This document shows positions 28,248 to 39,725 of a DNA stretch of 64,000 bases, piece by piece. Position 1 is the first letter of the stretch. Each line of letters opens with the position of its first letter. The notes beneath the pieces are model-generated. The model was not told the origin of the DNA, searched no databases, and saw only the letters and a program-made list of their open reading frames with translations. The translations under genes were made by a program, and so were the position numbers. Origin of the DNA: a virus; the IMG/VR virus record IMGVR_UViG_3300037470_000856, positions 77,030 to 141,029 of that record; one strand, written 5' to 3'.

Positions 28248-31200
28248 CTATCGCCCCCGCCTGCGAGGAACCTGCCGCTTCGGGTCGGAGCCGCCGAGCA
28301 GCCTCTTCCTGTGGTTGATGCGTCGGACCTTGGCCGAGACGCCGGGCTGGTTCGGATCGGCGTTCGTCTGGGAGCCCGCGATGTGCTTCAGCTTCCCAAG
28401 ATGCATACTCGCGAGATAGAGCGAGCGCGCGAGCGCGTCCGCCATATCGTCGTGCTTCCCGTCGGACTGCGGCGCCTGGACGTCGATGATGTACTTGGCC
28501 TTGTAGGTCGCTTGGAGGGAGCGGATCTCCTCAAGGTACTCAAGGTGCTCGGGAGGGGTCTCCTCGCGCCGGAGGTATGCCTGCTTCTCCTGGTCGGTGA
28601 TGTCGTAGAGGGAGAGGCGCGACGTATCACCGACGCGGTCCCACAACAGCGACTTGAAGTTCTGCCAGATCTGGCTCTTCTCGGTCTGCGAGAAGAGTTT
28701 GCCCTCGAGCATGGTCAGGCCCTTCTTAGCGAGCGCCTGCTCAAGGGGGATGGCGCCCCACTGGTCGAAGAGGCCCTTGTAGAACCGGAAGCGGCGGGAG
28801 AGCAGGTAGATCCAGTTGGCGACGTCCTCGAACTCAAGCCGGTCCTTGTCGATGAACTCGCCCTCGCCGGCCTTCATCTTGCCGATGAAGTCGAGGATGA
28901 TGCGGCCCTGCGGGTCGATGTGCGTGATGGCGATCGACGAGGCGTCGTGGACGAGGCCGAGGTCGAACCCGACGAAGTACGCCTGCCGAGGCTCCCCGCG
29001 GTGACGTGGGCGAAGGTTCTTGTCGATGCAGTCCCACAGATCCTGGTCCGAGTCGAGCCAGCCGAGGGTGCGGTCGGTGAACTCAGCCCCGAACTCAACC
29101 TGGAACTTGCGCGGGTCGAAGGCGTACTCCTCCTTGAACGCGGCCGCGGACATGGTCGGGTTCACCTCCCACGTCGGCGCCTGCACGGCGAGCATGTTGC
29201 GGGTAGAGTCCCCCCCGTTCATCGCCTGCTTGAACTTGTCGTAGAAAAGACCCTGCTTGCCGAGGGGGCTCGAGATCATGATGATCCGGCCCTCGGACTC
29301 GGTGTCATCGCCGTCGGCCGGGTTGCCGAACGCGTCCTTCGGAGTGAACGTCTTGTTCGACGGCGACAGGGCCGTGTAGACCTCCTCGGCCGAGCTGCCG
29401 CCCTGCTCGAGGAAGTGCGCGACCTCGTCGAGGATGATGACGATGTTGCCCGGACCGCGGAGGCTCTTGGCGTTGCAGGCCGCGAACGAGACGCGCACGG
29501 AGGCGCGGGCCCGGGGGTTCTCGACGTAGGAACCGAACTCCTCGATGTCGTACGGAGTCTGGAAACGCGCGTAGGAGAGGGTGTTGTTCGCCGTGTACCG
29601 CTTGAAGAACGAGCACTTGGCGAAGTGGTGGCTCACCTCCTCGTAAAGAAGACCCGCCTGGTCCTTGCCCGTCGCCACCGAGAGGAGGCGGATCGGGTTG
29701 GAGGGGGCGAGCCCGTAATACCTCTGCGGGTTGCCTTTGTTGATCAGCTTGTACGTCTCGTACGCGGAGATGCACGCGGAGATCGTCGTGTTGTGATTGG
29801 TCAGACCGTTGGCCACGAAGCTCTCGCCCTCGGGCACGTTGAGATCGTAGACCTCGTCATGGTCCTCCACCACGAACTCGACGGGATCGTAGAAGTAATC
29901 GGCGGAGAAAATCTCGTCGAAATGCTCGATGAAGTCACGAGACGCTCCTTGGCCCAGGGCCACCGGTCGCGCCTCCCTCCAACGGGGGTAGGTCATCTCG
30001 TCGGGCGCAGAGAGCTTGATCGTGTTGCCGAGTTTGTCGCGCAGCTTGGACCGTTGCCAGCCATTGCCCATGCTTTTGTGCTCCGTGGGAACGGAGTCCA
30101 GCAGTCTCCGGCACCACGAGCGCTGGTGAGGAACACCCTCCGTGTCGCCCCTCTCTCGGGACACCGACCGAATCTTTGCGACAAGAGGGGCCATCTTCTT
30201 GCGCGTCATGAACCCCACGCGCTCAGCAAACATCGTGCGCGACCGCAACCCCCGAATCGTGAGGACGTGGTAGTCGCGTCGATGCTTCTTGTTCCACTTG
30301 GCCTTGCGACGGCTCACAATGCCCAAGTTAAGGAGCAACACCTGAACCTCGCGAGCAAGACGCTCGCTGGCCGTCGAGAACGAGACGGTGTTTCCGACTG
30401 ACTCGACGTCTCCGTCCGTCTCGAACAGACCCCGCAGGAACGCCTGCACGACAGGTACCGGAGACTTCATGATCGACCACGGGACGTGCTTGCTGTACCG
30501 GTCGCAGTCCCAGTCCCACCCCAGCTCGTGCAGGAATTCGCGAGCGGCCACGCTGTGAAAGCGCAACGCACCCGTGTTCTCCGTCCTCTTGTCCATCGTG
30601 CGTGTGGATGGCCCGAGCAGCTCCTCGAAGAGACCCTCAGCCAGTTCCCACATCTCGTCGTGCTCGACGGTCATGCAGATGCCGTTCTGGGGCTTCCAGT
30701 GACCGTCTCCCACCAGCATCCCGAGAAGGAGGCCCCACTTCTCGTCGACGTGAGCTGGGAATTGAACGTTCTTGCGTCCCGGATGAAGCAGACGCTCGAC
30801 AACATCGGTCGTCGAGACCTGTTCGGACGCCCACAGATCCGTCCCACGGTGAACCGCGATCTGATCTCTCTCACGGATCTCGTCCAGCCTGCGCCAGTCG
30901 ATGACCCCTTCCTCCGTCATAACCCTGACGCGGTGGTTGGGGGTGCCCGCGATCTCGTACCCGCAGTGCGTCTTGACTCGACGAATCTCTCGGTGGCCTC
31001 CTCGATAGAAGTAGGCCGACTTGCTGCGCTTCCGTGCCCCCTCCTGTGCGACGGTGATCTCGAGAGGGAAGTGCTCCTCGCCAGGGTACTGAACCCACGA
31101 CAAGAAATCGTCGAAGCTGTCGATCCTGACCACTCCTTGGTCGGTGAAAACGAGAGTGTCGCCGACAACACATTTGCCCGAGCGGCGTCCGATGGGGAGG

Positions 31201-31535
31201 ATGAGGTTGCGACGCTCGTGGCCCGGCTCTACCTCGGCGATGTTGCACTCATCGCGGTCGTGCTTCCACCGCAGGTACTCGGCCTCGGTGAACCACTGCT
31301 CATTCTCCCGTTTCCAGTCCGTGATGCGGAACCGGTTGTTCGAATTGTCGTCGAGCGGGATGCCGTAGTGCGCCTTGAGGATGACGCGCTGGACGGGCCA
31401 GAGCTTGAAATTGAGGCCCCAGTCCGCCTCGATGAACGTGACGATGTCGACGACGTCGCGCTTGCCGTCGTCGACATGGAGACGCCCGGCGTTTAGTGCG
31501 ATCCGGGCAAGGTTCGCTGCTGCCTTCCCTGCCAC
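28248..31535 (-). CDS. terminase large subunit with intein
   Basis: Walker A GRRSGK|T, Walker B IIILDE, ISSP coupling motif, nuclease GFDLG...HDDMADA. Confidence 0.92.
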   Translation of the reverse strand: MAGKAAANLARIALNAGRLHVDDGKRDVVDIVTFIEADWGLNFKLWPVQRVILKAHYGIPLDDNSNNRFRITDWKRENEQWFTEAEYLRWKHDRDECNIAEVEPGHERRNLILPIGRRSGKCVVGDTLVFTDQGVVRIDSFDDFLSWVQYPGEEHFPLEITVAQEGARKRSKSAYFYRGGHREIRRVKTHCGYEIAGTPNHRVRVMTEEGVIDWRRLDEIRERDQIAVHRGTDLWASEQVSTTDVVERLLHPGRKNVQFPAHVDEKWGLLLGMLVGDGHWKPQNGICMTVEHDEMWELAEGLFEELLGPSTRTMDKRTENTGALRFHSVAAREFLHELGWDWDCDRYSKHVPWSIMKSPVPVVQAFLRGLFETDGDVESVGNTVSFSTASERLAREVQVLLLNLGIVSRRKAKWNKKHRRDYHVLTIRGLRSRTMFAERVGFMTRKKMAPLVAKIRSVSRERGDTEGVPHQRSWCRRLLDSVPTEHKSMGNGWQRSKLRDKLGNTIKLSAPDEMTYPRWREARPVALGQGASRDFIEHFDEIFSADYFYDPVEFVVEDHDEVYDLNVPEGESFVANGLTNHNTTISACISAYETYKLINKGNPQRYYGLAPSNPIRLLSVATGKDQAGLLYEEVSHHFAKCSFFKRYTANNTLSYARFQTPYDIEEFGSYVENPRARASVRVSFAACNAKSLRGPGNIVIILDEVAHFLEQGGSSAEEVYTALSPSNKTFTPKDAFGNPADGDDTESEGRIIMISSPLGKQGLFYDKFKQAMNGGDSTRNMLAVQAPTWEVNPTMSAAAFKEEYAFDPRKFQVEFGAEFTDRTLGWLDSDQDLWDCIDKNLRPRHRGEPRQAYFVGFDLGLVHDASSIAITHIDPQGRIILDFIGKMKAGEGEFIDKDRLEFEDVANWIYLLSRRFRFYKGLFDQWGAIPLEQALAKKGLTMLEGKLFSQTEKSQIWQNFKSLLWDRVGDTSRLSLYDITDQEKQAYLRREETPPEHLEYLEEIRSLQATYKAKYIIDVQAPQSDGKHDDMADALARSLYLASMHLGKLKHIAGSQTNADPNQPGVSAKVRRINHRKRLLGGSDPKRQVPRRRGR
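29790..31172 (-). mobile_element. intein with LAGLIDADG endonuclease in the terminase P-loop (461 aa)
   Basis: starts CVVGDT, TPNHR, LLGMLVGDG and FLRGLFETDG, ends TNHN followed by Thr. Confidence 0.92.
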
Positions 31536-31539
31536 GAAC

Positions 31540-32238
31540 TCACGACCCCCTCATCCTCTTGCGGGCCTCTTCCTCCCACGTCTCGTCGGTCATGCGCTCC
31601 GACAGTTCGACAAAGACGGTCTCGGCCTGGTCGCGCGGGACGCCTCCCTTGTGCATGGACTCCCGGAAGCAGTCGAGCATGAACTCAAACAGCTTGCGGA
31701 AGGCCGGGCTCTCAAGGTCGATCATGCGACCCGCGAGCTGTTCCTTGCGCTTGATCCACGTCTCGCCGAGGGCCTTGAGGGCGTTGATGCGACGGATGGA
31801 GAGTTGGCTCGTCTCCTTGCCGGTACGCTCGGCCTCGATGCGCTCGAAGTTGAGCGACGCGGCCTCCTGCGCGAACCCGGTCATGACGAGATGGAGCACG
31901 TCCTCCGCGTCGATGCCCGACTCGAGCTGCTGGAGCAGCGCGTCGTTCTCGAAGAACTCCTGCTTCTGCTGCACGAGCACCGCGACCGTCTGGTTGACGG
32001 GAGGCGGGGGCTTCGGTACCGGGGCCTGCTTGCGGCGCCCGGGCTTGTCCTGCATCACGACGAGTTTGCCGCGGTGGACGACAATCTCGTCCGAGTCGAG
32101 GATCGCGTCGAGACCGTCACTCGCTACATCGCGGTAGCGCTCGTTCCCCTTCTCGTCGATCACCTTCACCCGGACGGCGTCGTCCGGGATCATGGAGAGG
32201 ATCTGGTCTCGTGTCTTCTTGGCTGCGCTCATGCTCAC
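31540..32238 (-). CDS. hypothetical protein, candidate terminase small subunit
   Basis: 232 aa helical ORF immediately upstream of TerL; assignment by position only. Confidence 0.4.
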   Translation of the reverse strand: MSMSAAKKTRDQILSMIPDDAVRVKVIDEKGNERYRDVASDGLDAILDSDEIVVHRGKLVVMQDKPGRRKQAPVPKPPPPVNQTVAVLVQQKQEFFENDALLQQLESGIDAEDVLHLVMTGFAQEAASLNFERIEAERTGKETSQLSIRRINALKALGETWIKRKEQLAGRMIDLESPAFRKLFEFMLDCFRESMHKGGVPRDQAETVFVELSERMTDETWEEEARKRMRGS

Positions 32239-32250
32239 CGTGCCCGGCTA

Positions 32251-32874
32251 CTAGGGAGCCACCCCGTTCGGCGTACCGGGCGGAAGTATGGTGGGGGGCT
32301 CGACTGGACCCTCTCCGATGCCCTGGCTGAGGACGCCATCCTCGGCGACGTACGTGAAGTCGAAGTTCATCTCGCCGCCTCTGTAGGCGGCGACGAAACG
32401 CAGGGTCGCCTGCCCCTGCGGGCCGTTGACCGTCACGACCGCCCCGACCAAGACGGCCGAGTAACCGGGTAGCGCGTCGATGGCCGCCTCGATGTTGGCG
32501 GCCGTCGCCGCAACCCCGCCCCCGGTGACGAAGTCGCGATTCGAGACGAGCTCGAACGGTCCGACGAAGAGGCTCGCCGAGGTCCCCGCGAAGACGTCGC
32601 TGACCACTTCGACGTCGCCGGTCGGAGGAGGCGTCCCGACGAACGGGTCGAGCCGCGCGTTGATCGTGTTGGTGATGACAGACCGCGCGGGCGCGTAGGT
32701 GTCGTTCGTCAGGTTGTCCGAGAACCCGAGGTTCTGGACGTGCTGGAAGACGAACCCCGTCCTCGTCTTGGTGGGGGCCATGTGGGACGTGTCCGAGCCC
32801 GTGATGAGGCTCTGCGTCGGCCGCGAGAAGTTCGCGACGAGCAGTTCGTACGGGGGCTGTGCGGCGGTGGGCAT
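32251..32874 (-). CDS. putative virion structural protein
   Basis: Gly/Val/Thr-rich beta-type composition; ATAANIEAAI motif shared with the 37321..38928 protein (TTAANLADAI). Confidence 0.55.
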   Translation of the reverse strand: MPTAAQPPYELLVANFSRPTQSLITGSDTSHMAPTKTRTGFVFQHVQNLGFSDNLTNDTYAPARSVITNTINARLDPFVGTPPPTGDVEVVSDVFAGTSASLFVGPFELVSNRDFVTGGGVAATAANIEAAIDALPGYSAVLVGAVVTVNGPQGQATLRFVAAYRGGEMNFDFTYVAEDGVLSQGIGEGPVEPPTILPPGTPNGVAP

Positions 32875-32877
32875 GGC

Positions 32878-33351
32878 TTACCTCTCTGCGGCCTCCTTGG
32901 ATCGCAGCACCTGCCGCAGAAGGTACTGGTTGGTCTCGTGGTCGCTGGCGATCGACATCAGAAAATCGTCCATCCCGAGGCTGAGCTCACCGAGACCCTT
33001 GAGGCGGTCATAGCACTTGCGCGTCACATCCTGAAAATCGTTCTCGGACAGCAGACCGCGCTCGTGGAGGCACGGAACCTGAATCCATCGAGCCACGAAC
33101 TTCTGGAATTTCGGAGAGACGTGGGCGGCCGAGACGACCTCGGGGCCGTAGGTGCCAACCATCTTCTCCGCGAGCGTGTCGATCTGGTCGGCGACACTCT
33201 CGTAGAGGCGCTGAAACAGCAGGTGATTGCCATAGTAGGCGGAGCCGCGCGTCTGCCAGTGCGACTCCTGGTAGTTCCAGATCTGCGCGCGGAGCAGCCC
33301 GAGCAGGTGCTGCAGCAGGTAGATCGCCGTCTGCTTCTCGGGGGTCATCAC
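32878..33351 (-). CDS. Dps/ferritin-like protein
   Basis: HWQTRGSAYYGNHLLFQRLYESVADQIDTLAEK matches the Dps ferroxidase motif HW...G..F...H..F...Y......D..AE. Confidence 0.8.
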   Translation of the reverse strand: MMTPEKQTAIYLLQHLLGLLRAQIWNYQESHWQTRGSAYYGNHLLFQRLYESVADQIDTLAEKMVGTYGPEVVSAAHVSPKFQKFVARWIQVPCLHERGLLSENDFQDVTRKCYDRLKGLGELSLGMDDFLMSIASDHETNQYLLRQVLRSKEAAER

Positions 33352-35617
33352 AACTCAAACCCCCCGAAGAATATACCGTCGAGGCTGGGGCGGGTCGCGT
33401 CCTCGGTCTCCACCTCGTCGAGCGACGAGTTGTGCAGGCCGAACTCGTCCACCGGGTTGGGATTGGACGCGGCCCGGATGTCATTGTCGTGGAACATCGA
33501 CGCCGTCTCCTCGGCGTCGCTCATGTCGTGCGACGCCAGTGCCTGGCGCCGGAACGCCTCGGCCCCGTCGGGGATCTCGTCGATGAGCGTCTTGTTGTAC
33601 TTCTGGCAGACGCCGTCCACGTTCTTGAACACGCAGCCGTCGCACCGCTCCATGGCGAGCACGTAGCGGAGCTGGTTCGCACGGTGGCGCAGCGCCCCCT
33701 CCTCGCACCCCTTCGCGGTTTTGGGCGTCGCGTAGGCCGCCGCGTCCACGTAGAGGTGACCCGAAAGACCCTCGTGCTTCCCGCGGACATGGACGAGTTG
33801 CTGCTGTGCCGCCCATTTCACGCGGGGCTCCACACGATAAGCGATGAGCGAGTCGAGGTCTCGCGACGCGAACCCCTCGCTCATCTGCTGACGAGCCCAC
33901 CGGACTGTCTGGGCGATCTCCTTCGGAGACACAACCTGCTCGGGGTGACGGTACTCCGCCTCCCGCTGCACGGCGCCCTGGTACTCGCGAGGCTGGCCCG
34001 CGTTCTCGTCGTCGTAGTAGCCACCCTTGACGAGCACGGGGTCCATCTCGGCCGCGATCATCTTGCGCTCGGCGTCATCGAACAGGCTCCCCACCATCTC
34101 GCGCAGGCCTGGGCCGTCAACCTCGCGCTTGAGCACGGCGTCGAGCACCTTGGCGAACTTCTCCCGCGCGGCCTGGTAGCGGGCCTCGAGACGCTTGAAC
34201 CCCTCGAGCAGCCGATGACGCTCGGCCTCCTCGGAGACGGACGCGGTGCGGGCGTGGTACTGCGCCTGCTTGCCCCGCCCCCCGGCCGCGGCGAACTCCT
34301 CGGCCGTGATGGACACGCGAGCGTCGCCGGACATGCCCCCGCTGTACTCGGCCGTCTTGGTCCGTGCCGCGAGCCGGTGTGCCATGCGGAGGCGCGTCTG
34401 CATCGGCTGGTCGGAGTCCATGAGGATCTTGGTCTCATCGAGCGTGATCAGGTTCACTCTCGCCAGGGCGCCGAGTTTCCTGGCGAGTTGGCGTCGCTGC
34501 GCCTCGGACTCCTTCCCAGAAAGGTCGAGGCGCTCGCGCTGCTGCCGATACGCGAGGATGGTCTGCACGGCCTCATGACGAGAGACCCGATCGGCCTCCA
34601 CCGTGTGGCGGACCTTGGTGGTCTCGACGTGGGTGGTCGGGACCTTTTCCTCCGCCAGGAAGGCGTGCTGGAGCGCGACGCGCTTGTCCATTACCGTAGC
34701 CGTGCGATCGAGACGGCCGGTGGCATCGAGTTTGGGGGAGTAGTGGTCGTAGGCGTCGTTCCAGTCGATCTGGTTCGGGTGCTCGACGAGCGTGAGGCCG
34801 AGGCTGCACGCACAGCTCGAGCAATCCTGCCCGCACGCGGCGACCATGTAGCGAGCGCCCTTGGCGGCCTTCACGAGCTCGTCGCGCCACTTGCCTCGCT
34901 CGAGACCTGGGTACGCCGAGGCTCGTACGTAGACCTTGCCCGCGAGCCCGTGCTCGGCCTCGACGGCCTTCACGGCGTTGGCAATCTTGCGTGCCGACGC
35001 GACGTTCATCTGAGACGCGAGACGCCGCTTGATGGAGCCCATCAGCTCGCCGGCCGCGGACCGACGCATGGTCGACTGCACCAGAGCCGCGAGTTTGTCG
35101 GCGTGCAAGGTGTCGTCATCCTCCTCTCCCTGGAACGCGTCCTCGTAGCGAACCGCGTCGCGTTCTCTGAGGTCGAGACGCACGATGCCGTCCGTGCGAT
35201 CACCCCACGCCTCCTGGAGCTCGCGGATGCCATTGTCGACGGGCTTGTCGGGCAGCCGCGTGGGGTCCTGGGCGGCGCCCCCGAACCATGTGTGGTCGAC
35301 GATCCCCATGTCCGCGCGGTCGACGTCGAAGTCGATCGTCGGGTGGACTTCGCTCGCCACGATGCCGAGGCCCTCGAGATTGAGACCCTCCTTGTCATCC
35401 TGCGCGAGCACGTCGAGCTCCTCCTCAAGTGCGAGGATCATCCCGTCGGGGAGTTGCGCCATGCCGGAGGTGGCCGGCTGCGGCACCGGCTGCGATCCCG
35501 GGTTCTCTCGAAGGCCGTGCTCGTACTCCATGTCGTGCCAGAAGCCGTCCATCATGTAGTTAGAGCCCCAGTTCTCGTTGAGCTCGGCGGGAAGTTTGGA
35601 CTCAGACTTCTTGGACA

Positions 35618-35618
<1 letters not shown>
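33348..35618 (-). CDS. large hypothetical virion-associated protein with internal duplication
   Basis: 756 aa; EHGLAGKVYVRASAY and HEGLSGHLYVDAAAY, each followed by a Cys cluster; RTA/KTA sites. Confidence 0.7.
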
Positions 35619-36640
<1,022 letters not shown>

Positions 36641-36667
36641 TGTGAAACTTCCTGCCAAGGGATGTCT

Positions 36668-36682
36668 ATAAGGCGAAAACCA
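36668..36682 (-). promoter_or_regulatory. putative late promoter motif TGGT-TTTCGCC-TTAT
   Basis: 27 nt upstream of GTG 36640; matches the consensus. Confidence 0.6.
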
Positions 36683-36728
36683 CGCCCGCTCGGCCGCTAC
36701 GGCCCAGACGCAACACGCGCCCTGTGTC

Positions 36729-37310
36729 CTACACCTTGAGTGGCTCGCCAGAATCATCGAACAGGCGCGAGATCACGAAGCTGTTGCCCATGTTCTCGAA
36801 GGCCCACAAGTCTTTCGTGGCCTTGTGGACGAGTTCGTTGTTGTTGTTGTTGTCGCCCCCCCGAAGGAACCCAGAAAGATCACCGAGGCTCGAAACACGC
36901 ATCGCGAAGTTGCTCGCGCGCTTACGGTTAGGAGCAGCCGCATGAAGGTGTTCGGGGTGGATCGCCATGAACTGCCCGGCATCGAATTTCACGAAGACCC
37001 ACCCTCCGAGTCCGGTCTGGTCCCCCTCGACCGTGCGCACCATGACGACGGTGCCCTCCGCGTCGGGAACTGGCGGGTCGGCGTAGGACAAGACGCTCCC
37101 GATGTTCGTCACGAACGAAACGCGCGTCCCCGCCTCCACCGGGATCTCGAGCGCGTTGGCGGCCCGTCCTCGATCGGTGAGGGACCGAAGGCCGGCAAAC
37201 TCGACACGCTCCTCATGCTCCTCACGACTGCTCAGGTAGTCGTCGAGCGCCGAGGCCGTACGGCTCTGCTGACCGAGCATCAGGTTCTCCCAGAATTCGT
37301 CGTTGGACAT
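36729..37310 (-). CDS. hypothetical virion-associated protein
   Basis: 193 aa with SRTAS and KRAS sites, GGAG RBS. Confidence 0.7.
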   Translation of the reverse strand: MSNDEFWENLMLGQQSRTASALDDYLSSREEHEERVEFAGLRSLTDRGRAANALEIPVEAGTRVSFVTNIGSVLSYADPPVPDAEGTVVMVRTVEGDQTGLGGWVFVKFDAGQFMAIHPEHLHAAAPNRKRASNFAMRVSSLGDLSGFLRGGDNNNNNELVHKATKDLWAFENMGNSFVISRLFDDSGEPLKV

Positions 37311-37320
37311 GACTGTTCTC

Positions 37321-38928
37321 CTAGATATCGCGCTTCACAACGTAGTTGATGGTCAGCGCCTGCGGAGCGCCAAAGGCGATATCGAACCCGAGGACGGTCT
37401 TGGCCGCGTTCGGCACGAACGGGATGTCCGTGACAGCGACCGGAGGCCCCTCGGGCTCGATAAGGACCGTGTAAGCGGTGTCGGGCTGTGGCTCCGGGAA
37501 GAGCACCGTCACCACCATCCCGGCCGCGAACACGGCCGACCCGTAGGCAGTCGTCTCGGCCAGCGTCCCCGTGCTGGCGCCGACCAGAGCACCGCGCGTG
37601 CAGTTACTCAGAACCGTGGCCGGGGCGACTCCGCCGACGATCATCGGACCGAACGCGCACCTGCGCGCCGTGAAACTCTGCGCAGGCGCGTCGCCGCTGT
37701 ATGTTGTGGACCCGGCGACCGTGCAGTCCGTCAGCGTCAGGCTGCCCACGCCGACGTAGCCCGCCAAAAGCCCCGTGCCGCCGATCAACACGTTGTTGAG
37801 TTCGTAGATCGAGGTTCCGATGACGGGGAGATCGGGGTTCGTGTTATCGTAGTTGAGAGCCGCCCCTTCGATCTCGACGCCGTACAGGTGGCACGCGGCG
37901 CAGTCGTCGACACTGAAGGTCGTGCCGGTCGCGGCTTCGAGCCAGTTGCCCCCGCTCACATAGAGGTTGTTGACGGCCGAGGCACGCAGGGTGAACCCGG
38001 TCGCCGCGGCGGGCACAAGGTCGCAGCCGAGGACCTGGATCAGGTCATCTCCGACCGTCGATCCTGGCGAGCTGTCCGCGCCCCCGGTGAGCGTCGCACC
38101 CGAAGGGACGATGACCAGGACGACCGTGCTCAAGAGCGTGATGGCGTTGCCCGCCACGCCGTCCTCAAGGGCTCGGATCGTCACGACGGAGCCCGTGACG
38201 GTGGCTACCACGAGACCCGTGATGCCGTTGACGGGGTCGTTGATCGCATCGGCCAGGTTGGCGGCAGTCGTGTTCTCGTCCGTCCCCAGCTCGAACTCTC
38301 CGGGCGCCGGGACGCTGCCGTTGGCGATGGCTGTGAAGGTGGTGCCGTCGACGTCCGCGACGTCGCCGATGTTAGGAACTGAGGCGATAGTGAACGACCC
38401 CGCTGCGAACTGCGCGCTCGAGATGTCGATGCAGGCCTCGCCGGGCTCTGTGTTCTCGATCCGCATGTCGCGGATCGCGACGCGGCGAGGAACCGTGTTG
38501 ACGCCCTCGCGCATGCGGAGGGTCGAGACGGCCGAGGCGTTGCGTAGTCGCACGGTGCCGAGACCCTGGAGGGTCACCCCGTCTTTGAGGAAGTAGACGT
38601 CCTCGACGTAGAAGCCCGGAGCCACGAAGACCGTCCATGGGTCGTTCACGTCGGACCCGTCGGGCACCGCGTCGAGGGCCGCCTGGATGGTCGTGATCGG
38701 GTCGCCGTTGGCGTCCTTGCTCGCGCCAGCGCCGGTCGGGGAGACCACGATCGTGTTGTTGACCTGCTGGAGGCCCGCAAGTTCATAGAGGCTGATGCCT
38801 CCGGGGATGCGAATGTCCGTGAACCGCAGCGACCCGTCGCTCACGGCGGCCTCGATCAGGCGTGGGCCCGCGGGGGCGTCGGCGTTCTCGACTTCGTATG
38901 CGTCACTTCTGAATGGAGGCTGCGCCAT
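37321..38928 (-). CDS. putative fibre/spike protein with pectin-lyase-like beta-helix
   Basis: ITTIQAALDA...VFVAPGFYVEDV...VTLQG is the typical entry into a parallel beta-helix; Gly/Thr/Val rich. Confidence 0.6.
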   Translation of the reverse strand: MAQPPFRSDAYEVENADAPAGPRLIEAAVSDGSLRFTDIRIPGGISLYELAGLQQVNNTIVVSPTGAGASKDANGDPITTIQAALDAVPDGSDVNDPWTVFVAPGFYVEDVYFLKDGVTLQGLGTVRLRNASAVSTLRMREGVNTVPRRVAIRDMRIENTEPGEACIDISSAQFAAGSFTIASVPNIGDVADVDGTTFTAIANGSVPAPGEFELGTDENTTAANLADAINDPVNGITGLVVATVTGSVVTIRALEDGVAGNAITLLSTVVLVIVPSGATLTGGADSSPGSTVGDDLIQVLGCDLVPAAATGFTLRASAVNNLYVSGGNWLEAATGTTFSVDDCAACHLYGVEIEGAALNYDNTNPDLPVIGTSIYELNNVLIGGTGLLAGYVGVGSLTLTDCTVAGSTTYSGDAPAQSFTARRCAFGPMIVGGVAPATVLSNCTRGALVGASTGTLAETTAYGSAVFAAGMVVTVLFPEPQPDTAYTVLIEPEGPPVAVTDIPFVPNAAKTVLGFDIAFGAPQALTINYVVKRDI

Positions 38929-38937
38929 GGTCTACTC

Positions 38938-39381
38938 CTAGACGAACACGTCGTACTGAACCGTCCCCGTGTAGGTCACGTTGAGCTCGATGTCGAAGCC
39001 CGTGGTGGTCTTGTTAACGATCCGCCAGTCGATGAATTCCTCGAGCGTCACGTACACGCGGTAGTTCGTGTTCGCGAACGGCGTGGCGAACACGATCGAC
39101 TGGCTCGTCTGGTCGACGAAGTTGAGAGTCCCATTTACTGCGCTCGACTGTGCCAAGATGTTCTCCACATCCGCCTTCGCGGCGTTGATCTCGTCGAGGA
39201 CGCAGCCTGGGATCTGCGTGTTCGAGCCGCAGATGCTGCCGTTCGGCGACTTGATGCCGCTGACTCCGCAGGTCCCGTCCTGGTTGACGTCGATGGTGAA
39301 CATCCACGACGGGTTGCATGGGTCGTTGACCCGCACCATGTAGACGAAGCAACTCTTGATGCGCGTTCGAACACCCGACAT
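38938..39381 (-). CDS. putative structural protein (fibre-associated beta domain)
   Basis: SIVFATPFANTNYRVYVT...NKTTTGFDI resembles the C-terminal domain of the adjacent gene (VLFPEPQPDTAYTV..KTVLGFDI). Confidence 0.55.
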   Translation of the reverse strand: MSGVRTRIKSCFVYMVRVNDPCNPSWMFTIDVNQDGTCGVSGIKSPNGSICGSNTQIPGCVLDEINAAKADVENILAQSSAVNGTLNFVDQTSQSIVFATPFANTNYRVYVTLEEFIDWRIVNKTTTGFDIELNVTYTGTVQYDVFV

Positions 39382-39382
39382 C

Positions 39383-39700
39383 TCACCAGATCCAGTTGGT
39401 TTCGAGTCCGCGCTTCGCGAGCCAGCGCTCCAGGGTCCTCAGGGCGTCACGGTCCGAGGACCACACGTAGAATCCCTCGAAGTCCTCGCTGACTCCGAGA
39501 TCGGGGATGGGCTGAACTTCCGAACCACCTGAGCCGAGCTTGAGTTTTCCATCCCGGAACGAGCGCAGCACCGAGGCGTAGTCTTTCGCGTTCGGGTTGA
39601 ACACGCGGAACCGGTACTCGGGACTGGCCTGCGCCAGCAGCCACTGCCGGGCGACCTTCTTGGTCATGATGGCCCGACGTGCTGAGTGTTCCTCGGACAT
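39383..39700 (-). CDS. hypothetical protein with KVARQWL motif
   Basis: 105-aa ORF, GAGGAG RBS. Confidence 0.65.
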   Translation of the reverse strand: MSEEHSARRAIMTKKVARQWLLAQASPEYRFRVFNPNAKDYASVLRSFRDGKLKLGSGGSEVQPIPDLGVSEDFEGFYVWSSDRDALRTLERWLAKRGLETNWIW

Positions 39701-39725
39701 GGGTTGCTCCTCGCCGGCCGTCCGG

